NCBI GenBank assembly: GCA_963693365.1
Contig: CAVNZM010000008.1
Span: 7,512,830-7,576,829, forward strand
Source: Amoebidium appalachense
Lineage: Eukaryota; Protista; Ichthyosporea
DNA: 64,000 nucleotides
Reading direction: 5' to 3'
Part shown: piece by piece, positions 48,102 through 63,642 of the stretch
Layout of the letters: every line of letters starts with the position of its first letter
How positions within the stretch are numbered: position 1 is the first letter of the stretch
Made by a program: the position numbers and the translations under genes
Notes under the pieces: model-generated
Seen by the model: the letters and a program-made list of their open reading frames with translations, nothing else
Told to the model about the DNA's origin: nothing
Databases searched by the model: none

Positions 48102-49586
48102 TTTCTCAATTTACGAGTGCGAGTCATGAATGATGTTGTCGTGGACGCTTCGAATTCAAATGTTTCATTTCGTTGTTGTCGTGCTGGCGATATATTTGTA
48201 TTGAGCACATCTGCATGTGCTGCTGCTTGCACTGTTCAAGTTCTGCAACTGTTAGCTGCCAGTGTTGCACAAAAAAACGTATTTAGGGATTTAGGACCTC
48301 AATATCTAACGTTTCTAATGGAGTGGAAAACTTGCAAGGCAGATTCAAGAATAAATATTGCCCCTCTTAGTAAGTGTTAGCCTGCCCCTCGAGGGGATTA
48401 TAATGGAGAATAGTTATTGCGGCAGAAAGAACTCGACTGAATGTAATTACTACCCTATCTATAGCTAAGCAGCTACCATATGGATAGGCTTCAATTTTGC
48501 ATGCTAGTAGTGTAAGGGCTATTGAAAAAAAAAAAAAAATGAAAAAAAAGGGCAAAAAGAAACACGACGATAGATAAAAGAGGTCACGAAATGACAGATG
48601 ATATAGCAGCCTCAGTGAATGTACGATACGGGGGAATACAACGGTCTTGGCAGCAAGCAAACTATTGTAACACAAGGTGCAAGCCGGAGCACGCCTTACG
48701 CACGTGATGCGTGACGCGTCCTAATTATAAAGGTCGTATTATTACATTGAGGGGGTGAGCCTCACCGAGTCTTGTCTCAACAAAAACAACACTGAGTCTG
48801 GTACCCGGCCTTGTATTGTATGGCTCATGATTACCACGCAGTTGTCAGCCTCCTGCGGCAAAAACTCGAAAAAAGTTTGCGAGTGGAGCAATATCCGACC
48901 CGGAAGTTCTTGCAAAAGGTTTTCGCGATAGAAGCTTTGAGTTCAACGCGGACAAATTATGCATCTTCATCGCCTAATGTAATAATCGTGGCTGAAGTCC
49001 CTGGCCCTTTCCATTTTTAAAAAGGAAAGGTTATAAAAGAGCGTGAAACACAGTAAACTGATGGCACCAAGGCTTGATTCATGCAAGAATGAGCATAGAT
49101 TCAACTGCACGCGTACCGCAGACCCTGTAGAGTCCTTGTGAAGTTGTGGCTCCGAGTAAAGTTCCTGTTCACGGCCGAACTTTTTTTGGCTCTGGCGCCA
49201 TTGCATCTGATTGGTTGAGGTCTCAGACGGTCGGGGCTCCAAATTGTTTCCTCTGTGAATCTGAGCGGGTCGGGTCGGAAGAGGGCGAGACTGTTGAAAG
49301 GCTGTAAAATTGTTAAGGCTAATTCCTTTAAAGAATATACATCTGTTTAGTTTGTAAATATACTTTCCCAAGACATTCGCTTCGTCAGAGTCCATATTTA
49401 TGCCCAAGCTGATCTCAGACACGTCGCACACTGTATCTATGTACATGTAGATGTATCCACAGCGTCGAAACTTTGAAAGAGTGTGCGAAAACGTCTTGTG
49501 ATTGGCCATCTTGTAAACCCCAGGCAGCCAGATCCAAATAGATCAAACAGTCTGGGGTACACGCGTTGATCATTCTGTTGATGATG

Positions 49587-49724
49587 TAGTCACTTTGAGT
49601 GCTGTCTCCCTGCGGCCCGGCTCAACATACCTTGTATGTTGCCGCTAGTCACTTTGAGTGCTGTCTCCCTGCAGCTGCGGCCTGGCTCAACATACCTTGT
49701 ATGTTGCCGCAGGCGACATACAAG
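49587..49724. repeat. ~60-bp tandem duplication with internal hairpins
   Basis: TAGTCACTTTGAGTGCTGTCTCCCTGC...CAACATACCTTGTATGTTGCCGC x2 (49587-49645, 49646-49710), followed by GGCGACATACAAG complementary to CTTGTATGTTGCC. Confidence 0.85.
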
Positions 49725-52700
49725 TAGTAGTGCTCAGCCACTTACGTAGGGCCCCCTTTCGTAAAAACTAGTCACATCATTATGGGTGTAGAGAGGACAA
49801 TCATGAAAGGCATGCATATGTTTGAAAACTAAAGAAAATATATACCGAGGACCAGCGCATCAAACGACCAACGCCAGAGGGGAAGGGGGAGGAGGGAAGG
49901 GAATACAAGCAGAGAAGGGTGGGTGGGTGGGCGTAAGCCAGTGCCACCGGACATAGCCTGGAGGGCGACGGCGTACAGCCGAACCGAAGGCTGGCCCAAA
50001 GTCCAAAGGCCGCTTCTGACTGGCCGACGGGCCGTTCCAAGTTTCCAACTCCGATCTGAATGGCCCGTCCACGACTGCTCTTGTACACGTGTACGTAAGT
50101 TTTTTGTAGACCTCAGTACAGTCTATGCATGGCATCCCAGATCATGAGGCCATACTCACGTGAGGCATACCCTACTACTGAATACAGTGTCAATACTCCC
50201 ACGCATTCACCTTGGCAAGTGCAGAGGCAGACGTCGGTCGTCGACAGCGGCCTGAAAGTGCAGTCACAGTAACACATGTACAGGGACACGGCCCACGTGC
50301 ACACGTACGTATGGTACACATGCATGCACGGAAACACAGTCACGCACTGTGGCACAAACTACTATTATACGTAGAGAACAGGACATAATCAAGTGCAAAT
50401 CTGGCGCAGATGCACAACTTCGGTTAACTAAATAATACTGTGATATTCAATGTGTTATCATACTCAGATTCTCCGGCTGGGTAAACACATTTCAACACCT
50501 ACTGAGTACATATTCGTATCATATCATGATGTACGTTTATCGTTATATAATTATTAGCATCTCATATACAGGTATATACGTATACATTTTGCCATATTTA
50601 CCGTTTACATAAATGCAAGCCATGCATATGCATACATATCAATTACAGAGGCCGGGTTAACCCACCCGTCAGTTCTATCAATTTAAAAAAAGTGCCAGAG
50701 GGAAATATTAATTAGATAGATACTAAACTGAACAGCTGCCGGCGTGGCTGGGGTTGATACCCTGGACAAAGTGTGTACATATAGTTAGGATTGTTATAGG
50801 TGTGTTAGTTTAGCTAATGGCATCGTAGCACCCTAGCCAGAGTACTGTCGGTGCTGGGTGGAAGACGGTAGTTCCCCCTGAGGGCCCCTAGGGGCACCTC
50901 CGGCAACAAAACGGGATAAAAAAATAGAATAAAAAAAAAAACCCAAACTGAACAGCTTATTATTGTATACTCCAATCAAGAGCCCAGGGCAGGGGGGTGG
51001 GGGTGGGGGGGGGGGGGGGGGGGGGGGGTCCATGGGTTGGGATTATCACAGTGTGCATGCAGGAGCAAAAAGCAAAGGACAGCCGTGGAAAAGTCACTAT
51101 TAACGAACTATCAAGTCTTGTGTTGGGGAGAAATTCGATGATTGTTACGAAGTGTGTGGCCGGGTGTAGAGAGGTGGGTGTGCGCATACAATTAATGCTT
51201 GACAATGTGTTCATGTGTGCGCTGCGGCGATGGCCTGAGAGATACACATAAACTTTAAGGTAATTTTAAATACAAGTACCAACACAACCAAAAAGGATAA
51301 CCTCTTCTCCTCTTCTCTCTGGTGAAACCAGTAAAGTCTTTGACATTTGAAGTGATACAAAGAGAGAGAAGAGGATATACCAACTAAAAACGGTAATAAT
51401 ACAAGTACCACTGAAACAAATAAAAAAGTAATAATACAAGTATCAACACAACTACAGTAAGAAAGGTAACTTAGTAATATGCCATGGGTAAAAATATGTG
51501 TACATACAAGTATGATTACGGCACCTGAGGCCCATAGGCTCACCACCGATGCATGAGAAAGCTGTATAACCCCACCAGAGTATACCTACATAGAACAATG
51601 CACTGTGTGGCCGCACGGGAAACCGATTATGTTGCATTACTAAGGAGCGTTCGTCCCAAAAATATTACATACCAGCTTCACAGGAGTTATTACCGTCACT
51701 AGGCTAATAATAAAGATCGAACAGTCAAATTAAAGGTAGAGTCTATAGAACCTTAGGTCCCTCGGCTGTATGATTTATGATCAATTTTAGCTATGATCAT
51801 ACTGGCTGATCTCATATTTAATCCTTGAATTCGGTGCTTGCATGAATCAAAGGTGGAAAGAAGGTATATTTTGTGCACATTTTGTGTTGTTTTTATGGTT
51901 GAAACGGTTTAAACGTGAGCAGAGGAGGTTTGTGGTGTTATATGTGCGTGTAGTGTGCATAAGGGTAGTCACGCGGAGTATGGGCGTAAGTCGCGCAGGA
52001 GCAAAATCTTGCTGTGGCCGGGTGTAGAGATAAAATTGCAGGTGGGTCAGGAAGGAGTAGAGGGGTGTGATGTTTGAATAGTGCGTATGTGGGCGCTGTT
52101 AGTGTTGCAGGCGTTGGATGTGGTAAAAAGAAGGAAGTGAGAGTGTGTGCATGCGTTGTATGGGCCACGGTGTGTGGCGTGCAAAAACACCGAGTGATCA
52201 AACATGTGGTGGAGGAAACCCTTAAGCAACGCCGGGAAAAGGTTAAGCTCACTATGCAGGATTATAGAGAAACTTAAAGCCTTATGATAAACACTGCGGG
52301 CCAAGGCTAGTAACGGGAGCCCATGTTCACGTAAAGGACGGGCTGCAGATACAGTGGTAAGGTTAATTAAAGCCGATTGTGAGGAGGGTGCAGTCCAATC
52401 ACCTAAATATTAAATGGTTTCATGATACTGACACCAATTAGGACACTTAAGCCCTTACTACCCGATACGATACCATTTTAGTATACATACTGAAACCTAC
52501 CGCAGAGATGGAAACACGCAAGTACTTAAAATTTGTTCTTTGCTCAAGCAGAACTCCCCCCCCCCCCCTCCCCCCTCCCCCCTTCCCAAAAGCGCGCGGA
52601 GAGACGCCCCCCCTCCCCCCCCCCCCCCCCCCCCAAAAAAAAAAAAAAATCGCGAACGAGGAGGGGGGGGGGGGGGGTGGGGGGGGGGGGGGGTCTATGG

Positions 52701-53099
52701 TAACGCGGTGTAGATATTGCCGTAATGGTCACACAAGCGTTCGTGTGCCAAATTTACACACACATGGCAGCACATAAGTCGAAAACCTTGCTCCTAACAG
52801 GCCTGCACCTTCTAAAATTGCCGCCCAATTGAATCCTTACTGGATAGGTCCCCCCCCCCCCCCTCCCCCCCCCCCCCCCCCCCCCTTCATCTCACCCCGG
52901 GGTCTTGGCCACCGACACCATTTTCTAATACACCGTCGACCATGCCAACCGCAGTAGATAGGGATGATAGAGCTAACATGTTAAGATTTGCTACATCTTT
53001 TGTGTCGTGATAATGGCGTCTTTTTTGGCATTTCAACAGAAGTATATAATAGAAAACGGAAGTGTTGGGACCCAAGGAAGATAATAAATGCACAGATTC

Positions 53100-54000
<901 letters not shown>

Positions 54001-55341
54001 TGCATATCTGAGCGTGTATGCGCGTGTGCATGTCACGACGCCATGTGAACACTGCATGTGCCCAAGCATGTGTATTATTTGCTTTTCCGATTAGAGAGAG
54101 TGCCCTTGCATTTAGGAGAAGGGTGTGTTGCTGTGGATCCGTGCGGCTTTGTCTGTGGTCACGATACCGGCCGGTTTCGCATGGCCTGATGTGTGTGTGA
54201 GTGTGTGTGTGCGTGTGCACGTGCGTATGGTTGTGTGCGCACGCGTGTGCGTGTGTGTGTTTGTTTGTGTGTGCGTGTGAGTATGTTTGTGTGCGCGTAC
54301 AGTATGCATGCTTATTCGTGCGTGTGCGTGTGCATCATTGAAGTTTGAGTGTGCACGCCTGTGAACATGTGTGCGTGTGTGCAGGACTGGGTACGTGTTC
54401 GTGCTGTTGTTGTGCGGGGTCTTATGAGACGCCGTATACACGTGCATGTACATGCTCATGAGCGGTGGCCACGGGTTGGTGGCGTTTGTGCATGTGCGGA
54501 TGAGTGCATGCACGCGTGCATGCGCACGGTCCAGCATATGCATGGAGTCACGGACCCGCCGCCGGTGTTCATAGATCCTAGATATGCTTTTTATCCTTTA
54601 AAACCTTGTTTTATTGGTTCTGCTGAATGAGCCCTGCTGATTGGCTGTGATGTTCTTCCTGCCAGCACGTGACCTGCCAGCACTGGTGGTATGTAGCCAC
54701 GGTCACTTCGTTTCAAGTTACTTTGGTTAGGCCTACGCACTGCTTGGTACTGGAAAGTCGCGTGCATCCTATAATAACAGTATTTACGTTTTTCACATAG
54801 GCACACGGAGAAATATAAATCATCAAATTTATAGCAAAATGTGCTGAATAAAGATATTGGTGTGCTGCAAGGATGGTTGGTGAACTTGGATCTTAGCCGT
54901 CATCTCCGATCAAACGGGAGGACGATTTTGATTGGTCATACTTTGAACCAAACACTATCCCTTCACAAGATGTCGATAATTCCAGTCGTCTCTAAAGCAT
55001 GCAATAACTGACCAATATTCAACACCACTAATAAAATTTATTGCTCTTGTGTTGGTGTTCAACTCCTATTATATAGCAGATTACACTTTTATCATTTGTT
55101 TGCTGGCAATGCGGACCACCAGCGAACTCTCAGTGTTGGTCCAGTTGGATCTTGTGGCACCATGATAGTGGAAAGCTGCATTCCTGCCTCACTAACAAGA
55201 TACCTGTACCGAAGCTATATAAACTCGAACTTGACCCATTGATCATCATTCCAGCTTGATGTTTTCCCCAGGACAAGCGAAACTTGAGGCTTGACTCACT
55301 GTGACTTAGCCTGCAAAAGCAAGCAAACAAAAACGCAGAAA

Positions 55342-55812
55342 ATGGCATCATTTCTTGCAACTACCCTCCTCCTTATCTCCAGCGTCCTTTCTTCCCACGT
55401 CACCGCCTTGCCAGTTGGAGCCCGGCGCCACGTCTTCCGACCCATGCTCTCCCCGTCTTCACAACTCGCAACCACACAGCAAATCCTTTCTGACACAAGA
55501 ACACGTGAACTGTCGCGCTGCGCAACGCGCTGCGCCCTACAAACACCAGTGTACGTGCCAAACAATAACACAACAGCGCGCGAGAGTGATCCGGGATACA
55601 CGTGTATTTACAACTGTGCTCTAAAGGTTCCCGGTGTGAACGCCGCAAACCTTTATCCCAGGCCACTCCAAAACCTTCTAGCTGTGGAAAGGTGTGGAAT
55701 CACGTGCGCGGCCAAGAGCGCAGCCAACGGAACCGTGTCGACAGAGGCGGCCACGTGCTTTGATGATTGCGCAAAAGATATTGGTGCGGTTAAGCCAAAA
55801 CCGGCCAACTAA
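55342..55812 (+). CDS. Intronless small secreted cysteine-rich protein (156 aa) with four CX3C motifs
   Basis: Signal-peptide-like MASFLATTLLLISSVLSSHVTA|LP; CATRC, CIYNC, CGITC, CFDDC; N-glycosylation sequons (NNT/NTT, NGT); TATATAAA ~125 bp upstream. Confidence 0.75.
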   Translation: MASFLATTLLLISSVLSSHVTALPVGARRHVFRPMLSPSSQLATTQQILSDTRTRELSRCATRCALQTPVYVPNNNTTARESDPGYTCIYNCALKVPGVNAANLYPRPLQNLLAVERCGITCAAKSAANGTVSTEAATCFDDCAKDIGAVKPKPAN

Positions 55813-56100
55813 AGGATGCTAAAAAAAATGCTGAAGAGAATAATAAATGTACTGAGTAGCATGAACTTGTTGTCCATGCAAATTTGAATCAGAAGTGATC
55901 CGTTTGTCGATAACCCCCCCCCCCCCCCCCCCCAAGTCTCCCCTCCCTCCCTTCCCCTTCTCCCCCCCCCCCCCCCCCCCCCCCCACAAAAAAAAACCCA
56001 CCAAAAACACATGCACAATACACACACGCATACATGCTCGCGCACATACACACTCACAGGACCACACCCGCCCACTCACACAGACGAATAAACGCACGCG

Positions 56101-56267
<167 letters not shown>

Positions 56268-57100
56268 CCTCGGAGAGGGGGGGGGGAGGGGGGGGAAGGG
56301 AGAGAAAGAGGGGAGGAGAGAGCGCGGGAGGGAGGAAGGGAGAAGGGAGAGAGGTTGAAGAGATAGAGGGAGAGGGAGAAGGATGAAGAGAGACGGAGAG
56401 AGGCAGGGGCAGGGTGGGAGGGTGGGGGGGGTGAGAGTAGAAGAGAGAGGATGGGGGGAGGGGGAGAGAGATTACGAGAGAGAAGAGAGAGAGAGAGAGA
56501 GAGAAGAGAGATATATATATAGAGAGAGAGACAGAGAGAGAGAGAGAGGGAGAGAGGGAGAGAGAGATAGAGAGAGGGGGAGGGGGGGGAGGGAGAGAGA
56601 GAGAGAGAGAGAGAGGAGAGGGAGAGAGGGAGTGAGGGAAAGAGAGAGAGGTAGAGAGGGGGGGGGGGGGGGGGGGGGGGAGAGAGACAGATAGAGAGAG
56701 AATGGGGGAGAGAGAGAGAGAGGGAGAGAGGGAGAGAGGAGAGAGAGAAAGAGGCTGGAAGAGAGAGAAAGAGAGGCTGGAAAAGAGAGAGAGTTACGCA
56801 CATACACACACCATGACCAGACACATCCCTGAACACACGCACTGTACTGTAACAGTGCAATAACACATTTGGTTGCAACATCCAAGACATCTCTGGTTGA
56901 TGCTGCGATGATACAAACTTAGGAAAGCACACGATAATGCACAAACGTGCCAACACCTTTTCTTTGCTAGTTCAAGTGTTTTTCCTGTCATTACCAGGTG
57001 CGTGTGTGTGTGTGTGTGTGTGTGTGTATGCGTGTGTGTGTGCGCGCACGCGTGCGTGCGTGCGTGCGTGCGTGAGTGCGTGAGTGCGTGCGTGCGTGTG

Positions 57101-57132
<32 letters not shown>

Positions 57133-57136
57133 TGTG

Positions 57137-57191
<55 letters not shown>

Positions 57192-57615
57192 CGCGCAGGC
57201 GTGTGTGTGTGCGCGCGCGCGTGTGTGTGTCGGTTTGTGTGCATGTGTGTCGGGGTGTGTGTGAAGGGGAGGGGGGAGGGGGGGAGGGGTGCGAGGCGGG
57301 TAGGGGGTGTAGGATGGGGCTGGGGGGTGTGGGTTTAGGGGTGGGGGGGTGTGGGGGGGGGTTACGAAGTTTTTAACTTGGGCTGCAACTGGGTACATTG
57401 TTTAATAAAAGAACTTGTGAACAAAAGAACTTGATCCCACTACATAGCGGAAATTCGATTTGCGCTCGAAGAAACAAAACAAAAAGAAAAAAGCAAAAAA
57501 AACAAAACAGTATAGCTCCTAGAATGATGAAGAATCAGGATTTGTGTGTTTTCGTTGCTGCTTGAAGTGTTTTTCATGCCAATGGCCGGTATTGTATTTG
57601 GTTTGGCCATGTGTG

Positions 57616-57732
<117 letters not shown>

Positions 57733-58359
57733 ACGTGCACATGCTATCATCTATGCAGTGCCTGCACCTATGGTGTGCGCACGTGTGTGGGCCGGTATGT
57801 GTATCATGGTGCGCAGTCAGAGGATGTGCGTATGTACATTCGTGCGTGTGTGTTTGTTTTGTGCTGTGTGCGCGCAGGCGTGTGTGTATGTGTGTGTATG
57901 TGTGTGTGTGTGTGTGTGGATGTGTAAATGTGTGGATGTGTGTGTGCGTGCCTGCGTGCGTGTGTGTATATGTGCGTATGGTTGAACCGGTACTCGTTTG
58001 TTTAGTTTGAACTCATCGAATCCCGTTTCTTCTGGTGCCTATAACGGACCCCCCTCTCCCCCTCCCCTCCCTCCCCCCCCTCCCTCCCTCCCTTCTGCAT
58101 CGGGACTAAGACAAGCAGAAAAACCGACCTTTAAATAGTGGCTGGTCTCTTAGCCTTTATAATTTGGAAAAAACGTTTAAGAATATTTAAGGGTAAAAGA
58201 TTAAATTAAATTGCCCATTTTACCCCCCCCCCCCCCCCCCCTCCCCCCTTCCCCCCAAAAAAAATAGCACTCAACCTATACTCAGTACTGATTGGACCAG
58301 AAAAAGGTCTAAGGGGGAGCGAGACACACAGAAGAAAAGCGCATAAAAAGAGGCTCGAG

Positions 58360-58500
58360 GGATTTAGAACCACCATTGCCGGGGGGTCCTTTGGATCACG
58401 CCACCACTGGAGGGTCATATAAATGCACACCACCACTGGGGGGGTCCTATAGATTTAAACAACAGCCGGGGGGTTCTAATAAACTCACACCATTGCCGTC
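58360..58500. repeat. Degenerate ~29-bp tandem repeat (about 5 units) overlapping the RGS pseudogene stop
   Basis: Units of the form CACCAYTG(C/G)NGGGGGTCCT...; the unit includes CACCATTGCCG, the last codons of the RGS frame. Confidence 0.6.
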
Positions 58501-59390
58501 CTTGAGCTTTTCAAGGTAGCGAGGGACGGTGTCGAGACGGCGGAGGACCGGCGCTGCGACAGAAAGCGAGGGAGCTTATCAGTGCGCATCAGCACAAATA
58601 TGTGGTGTTGCGCCTCGTCAAACAGATGTGCAAACGGTACAGGCACTATCGCCGTTATGCGCTCCGTCCACCGACGCCCCCCGCGGACCTTTTCTCCCTG
58701 CCCGACAAAACAAAAACATCCGCCATGTGCCCGATGCTGTCCGAAGAAATATTCTGAGGGGCGGCGCTAGGGTCTTGGCTGCGGTGTGATTTTATCGCGG
58801 TTGGTTCCCGCGGATCTCAGGCACGTGGACATTCGCCAAAAATTGCTGCGAAAAGTCGAATTAGCCAGCCTTAGTTCCGTCTCGCTGACCAATTGTTCGT
58901 CCAGAGTCCGCGAAAATTCAATGATCCCTTGAATGACGCGCTTTCTCACCTCCGCCGGCACATTCACTTCGAACATGGCGTCTCGAGCAATGTATTGGCT
59001 GTGTATACGCATGGCCAATTCCATGGCCTTGTTGCTATTTTTGGAACTCCAGCCGTCCCGCGCCGCGGCGTTTGTTTTGTCTCGGAACGACTCGACGGCC
59101 TCCCAATTGAAAAGGCGAGATTTCCCGCACTCATTTCGTTGGCTAGAAACTGGCCTAAAACGAGACGTTCTTTGCTGTTGCATAGAATCCCACTAAGGTC
59201 ACGATCATAGTTGGTTCCCTTGTTCGTCGTTTCCTCTTTCGCATTTTGCTCTTCCTTTTCCCGTTGTTTTTCGGATATGTATACCAGCGCGACCGGCCAA
59301 GCGATCACTAGGGCGACGCACAAACAAAACGTGACCATTATGAAAATGCTGCTCATAATTCCCAGAGCGAAAAAAATAGATGGTGGAATT
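58485..59390 (-). pseudogene. TM-RGS (regulator of G-protein signalling) pseudogene fragment
   Basis: Last TM (..LCVALVIAWPVALVY) followed by RGS helices split across frames: LSGILCNSKERLVLGQFLANEMSAGNLAF / WEAVESFR...AMRIHSQYIARDAMFEVNVPAEVRKRV / HLFDEAQHHIFVLMRTDKLPRFLSQ. At least two frameshifts, plus upstream in-frame stops. Confidence 0.85.
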
Positions 59391-59708
59391 TAGGACGTTT
59401 ACGGGTCCCTCTCATGGTACCGCGCAAAAGTCCGCATGGGTTTGGATGCGGTGCTGATGGTGGTGGTGGTGGTGGGGGGGGGGGGGAGGAGGGGAGGGGG
59501 GGAGGGTGGTGGGGAAGAAGGGGGAGAGGGGAGAGGGTGGAGGGAGGGAGGGGAGGGGGGAGTCGTGTGTACGTGCATATGTGTGCTGTGCGTGTGTGCA
59601 GGTGTCCGTTTGCAAGTGTGCCGGGTGTAAGGTGTATCCGGTGTGCATGTAACAGTGTCTGCCCGTGTATCTGTGTGTGTGCGTGCGTACGTGCGTGCGT
59701 GCGTGCGT

Positions 59709-59783
<75 letters not shown>

Positions 59784-60164
59784 ACAGTGTGTGCCAGTGT
59801 GTGTGTGTGTGTGTGTGCAGGCATGCTCGTGGAGTGTGTGTATGCCAGTGTGTGTTTGAGCATGCGTGCGCGTGTGTGAGTGTGTGTATATGTGTGTGTA
59901 TATGTGTGTGTATATGTGTGTGTATATGTGTGTGTATATGTGTGTGTATATGACGGTGTGTGTATATGTGTGTGTATATGTGTGTGTATATGTGTGTGTA
60001 TATGTGTGTGTATATGTGTGTGTACGTGCACACCAGCACGTTCGTGTATGTGTGTGCTTGTGTGCGCCGTGCGAGTGTGAAGTGTGGCACGATGAGGTGT
60101 GTGTGGGTGCGAATGTGTGTGTGTGCATGCGTGTGTGTTGGCACGTGTGCACGTCTTTTTCTGT

Positions 60165-60210
<46 letters not shown>

Positions 60211-60882
60211 ATGGGTGCGTGTGCGTGTGTATTTATGTGTGTGCATGTGTGGGGACATGTGTGCATGTGCATATGCATAACTAACCGTTTTTTACACACC
60301 GTGGTTTAAAGCACAGACGATCTTGTCTGGTTTAGCACAACCGAGCATGCACATATACGTCCATGTCCACAAATCATAATGTCAACAGCACAACACCCAG
60401 TTGGAAGACATGCAAGTGTATTCCGCATGTATCGCATAGAAGACCTCAACCTTTTTTATACCTCACTGAACGTGATAGGCGAGATGATCATTAACATCAA
60501 TAAGTACTAAGTGCACATATTCAACGGTTTATGCATGTATGAAGCACGGTGAAACACAAACTCATATCTCAATGGACGAGATATGCACATAATAGTATGC
60601 CATTCCGGGTTGCACCCTTACGAAGTATAAAACCCTAAGCACAAGTTTATCTCAATGGACGAGATAGGCGCAGGCATAGTTTATCAACAATTACATGCAA
60701 TTACAGTAGTCATCTTTACCCTACACATGGATAAAGGATTAACGCCAATTTATATTATTAAAAAATATAAAAGCTGGATTAGGCAGGCACATATGCGCCA
60801 CATTTGCACCGCATTTTACGGAAAAAGGAGGCATGATCTTAGGCAGACCGGTTACTAGGGCAGATGCACTAAAGTTCTCTTT

Positions 60883-60928
<46 letters not shown>

Positions 60929-61156
60929 TATATTTTTTGAACTTATTGTGGCAGCCAATAAACTTTGAGTCATAAAACCATCTGCGATATAGAAATCGTC
61001 TATATATATATATACACAAGCAATTCCACAGCCCGATATCAACTTAGCGGCTACTCAGGGGTTTGCAAAACACATCCTTCCCAACCAATGTATGGCCGGA
61101 CTATTACATTAAGGAAAACTATAAAACAGCGAAATTTCAATCTCAAACAATAGCTC

Positions 61157-61951
61157 TCACAGTAGATCACGACACGATGCACAGTCGGTTTCTGGTGCAA
61201 CCTCACAGGGGGGTTCCAAGATTTTGCCGACAGTTTTCAGGATGTTGTTAAGCTCGGCGGATACCCTCTGTGGGTTACACAACCAGAGCTCCTCCGCGTT
61301 TAAATTTCCAAATTTCGCACTTGTTCCCGAGATTCCGAAAATGCTCCCAATATTGTGTCCGATATAATACTCTGTCAGCGAGTATGCAACCATATCACCC
61401 AGAAAACTTGGAGATCTGCTTGCCTGTGCGGACCCCGGTAGTTTTCCAGCGCAATTTGGTTGTGCGTGGGGGGGGGGGGGGGGGGGGGTTGCGGGAATAG
61501 ACGAAGTTTGCCGTGTATCTGGGGTTTCGGGTGGTGCGGGCCCCGGAATTTGAAGTCTTTGTGATTTTCCTACGGGATTTTGGTCGGCGGGGGGATGACA
61601 ATACAAACGGGGATCCGGCATCAAATGTACGTATGGCTGGGCTGTCGCTTTCTGCCCAAACCCGGCCACGGCATCGCCCTCGTGTCCCAAAAATCCTTCC
61701 TTTTCTTTTGCGAATTTGGGATCGTTAGCACCTCCACTTAAAGCTTGTGAATTTGAAGAAGCTGACTCAAGGGAACTCAATCTCGATTTTGATTGGTGAA
61801 CCAGGGGGGGTTTGGCAGCCTTTATGGGCTCGGGGGCTGAATTTTTGCACGTTGTGGCCAGAGAGTTCCTGTTAGGCAGGCCCGGTATACGTTCCCCCGC
61901 AAAGCCGGAACTCTCGGTTTTTCTTGGGAAAACACTGGAACTTGCAATCAC
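61157..61951 (-). CDS. Pro/Ser-rich open frame, probably the terminal exon of an unidentified gene; upstream exon candidates ~62410-62630 and ~63690-63800
   Basis: 264 open codons of mostly non-repetitive, coding-like sequence; no family recognised and splice structure unresolved. Confidence 0.45.
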   Translation of the reverse strand: MIASSSVFPRKTESSGFAGERIPGLPNRNSLATTCKNSAPEPIKAAKPPLVHQSKSRLSSLESASSNSQALSGGANDPKFAKEKEGFLGHEGDAVAGFGQKATAQPYVHLMPDPRLYCHPPADQNPVGKSQRLQIPGPAPPETPDTRQTSSIPATPPPPPPHAQPNCAGKLPGSAQASRSPSFLGDMVAYSLTEYYIGHNIGSIFGISGTSAKFGNLNAEELWLCNPQRVSAELNNILKTVGKILEPPCEVAPETDCASCRDLL

Positions 61952-62659
61952 GCAAAAAGTTATATCTCAATACCGCATTATATCTCATGACCAGTCCATG
62001 TCCGGATATGTTGCAAGGCATATGGAAAATGCAGGTTGTGTTATCCACTCAATATCAAATCTTAATACATATATTATGATGTCTACTTGATACGTTATAT
62101 TTCCACTTAAGTTTGTATGATGTAAGTGTAACACCAATTTTATTACATGTATATCTTGTTGGGTGGAAGTACTCTTGGCCTTGGTGCCGACAACTCATCA
62201 CAGCTCACCTACATGTCGTTAATAAACAGCACATCCCCCCCCCCCCTAATTTTGTTTGCTTTCTGGGCTTGTTGTATTTCTTATTGCATTCAATCTACAA
62301 ATTTTCAGAGATATATAGTTCAAAAGTTGGTGAGGCTCGAAAGGAGCAGCCAAGGATAGGTATACACATATCGGATAGATATACGGAAGTAAAAAAGAAG
62401 TAAATATCTCCGGACTAAAGTTGTCGGCGATCCGCCAGGTGCCAAAATACAGTAATCCTATAATGTAATTTCTAGCCCTGTTTTGAAATCACCTGGGTAC
62501 TGTGCACCAACATCTGGGCAAGTATGGGGGGAACCATGATGAACTTCAACCATCATCTGCCGTGCCTCGGAATGCGCGGAAACTAACTTTGATTGGCTAA
62601 CCATCACTATGAGGCTCCAAACGCCAAACTTGAGCACGGACACGCCACGCATCAGGTGA

Positions 62660-63642
<983 letters not shown>

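Noticed and set aside
48967-49509. 180-aa ORF as a real gene
   Set aside because: No recognisable motif, no supporting splice structure, and other frames contain stops; probably decayed sequence.
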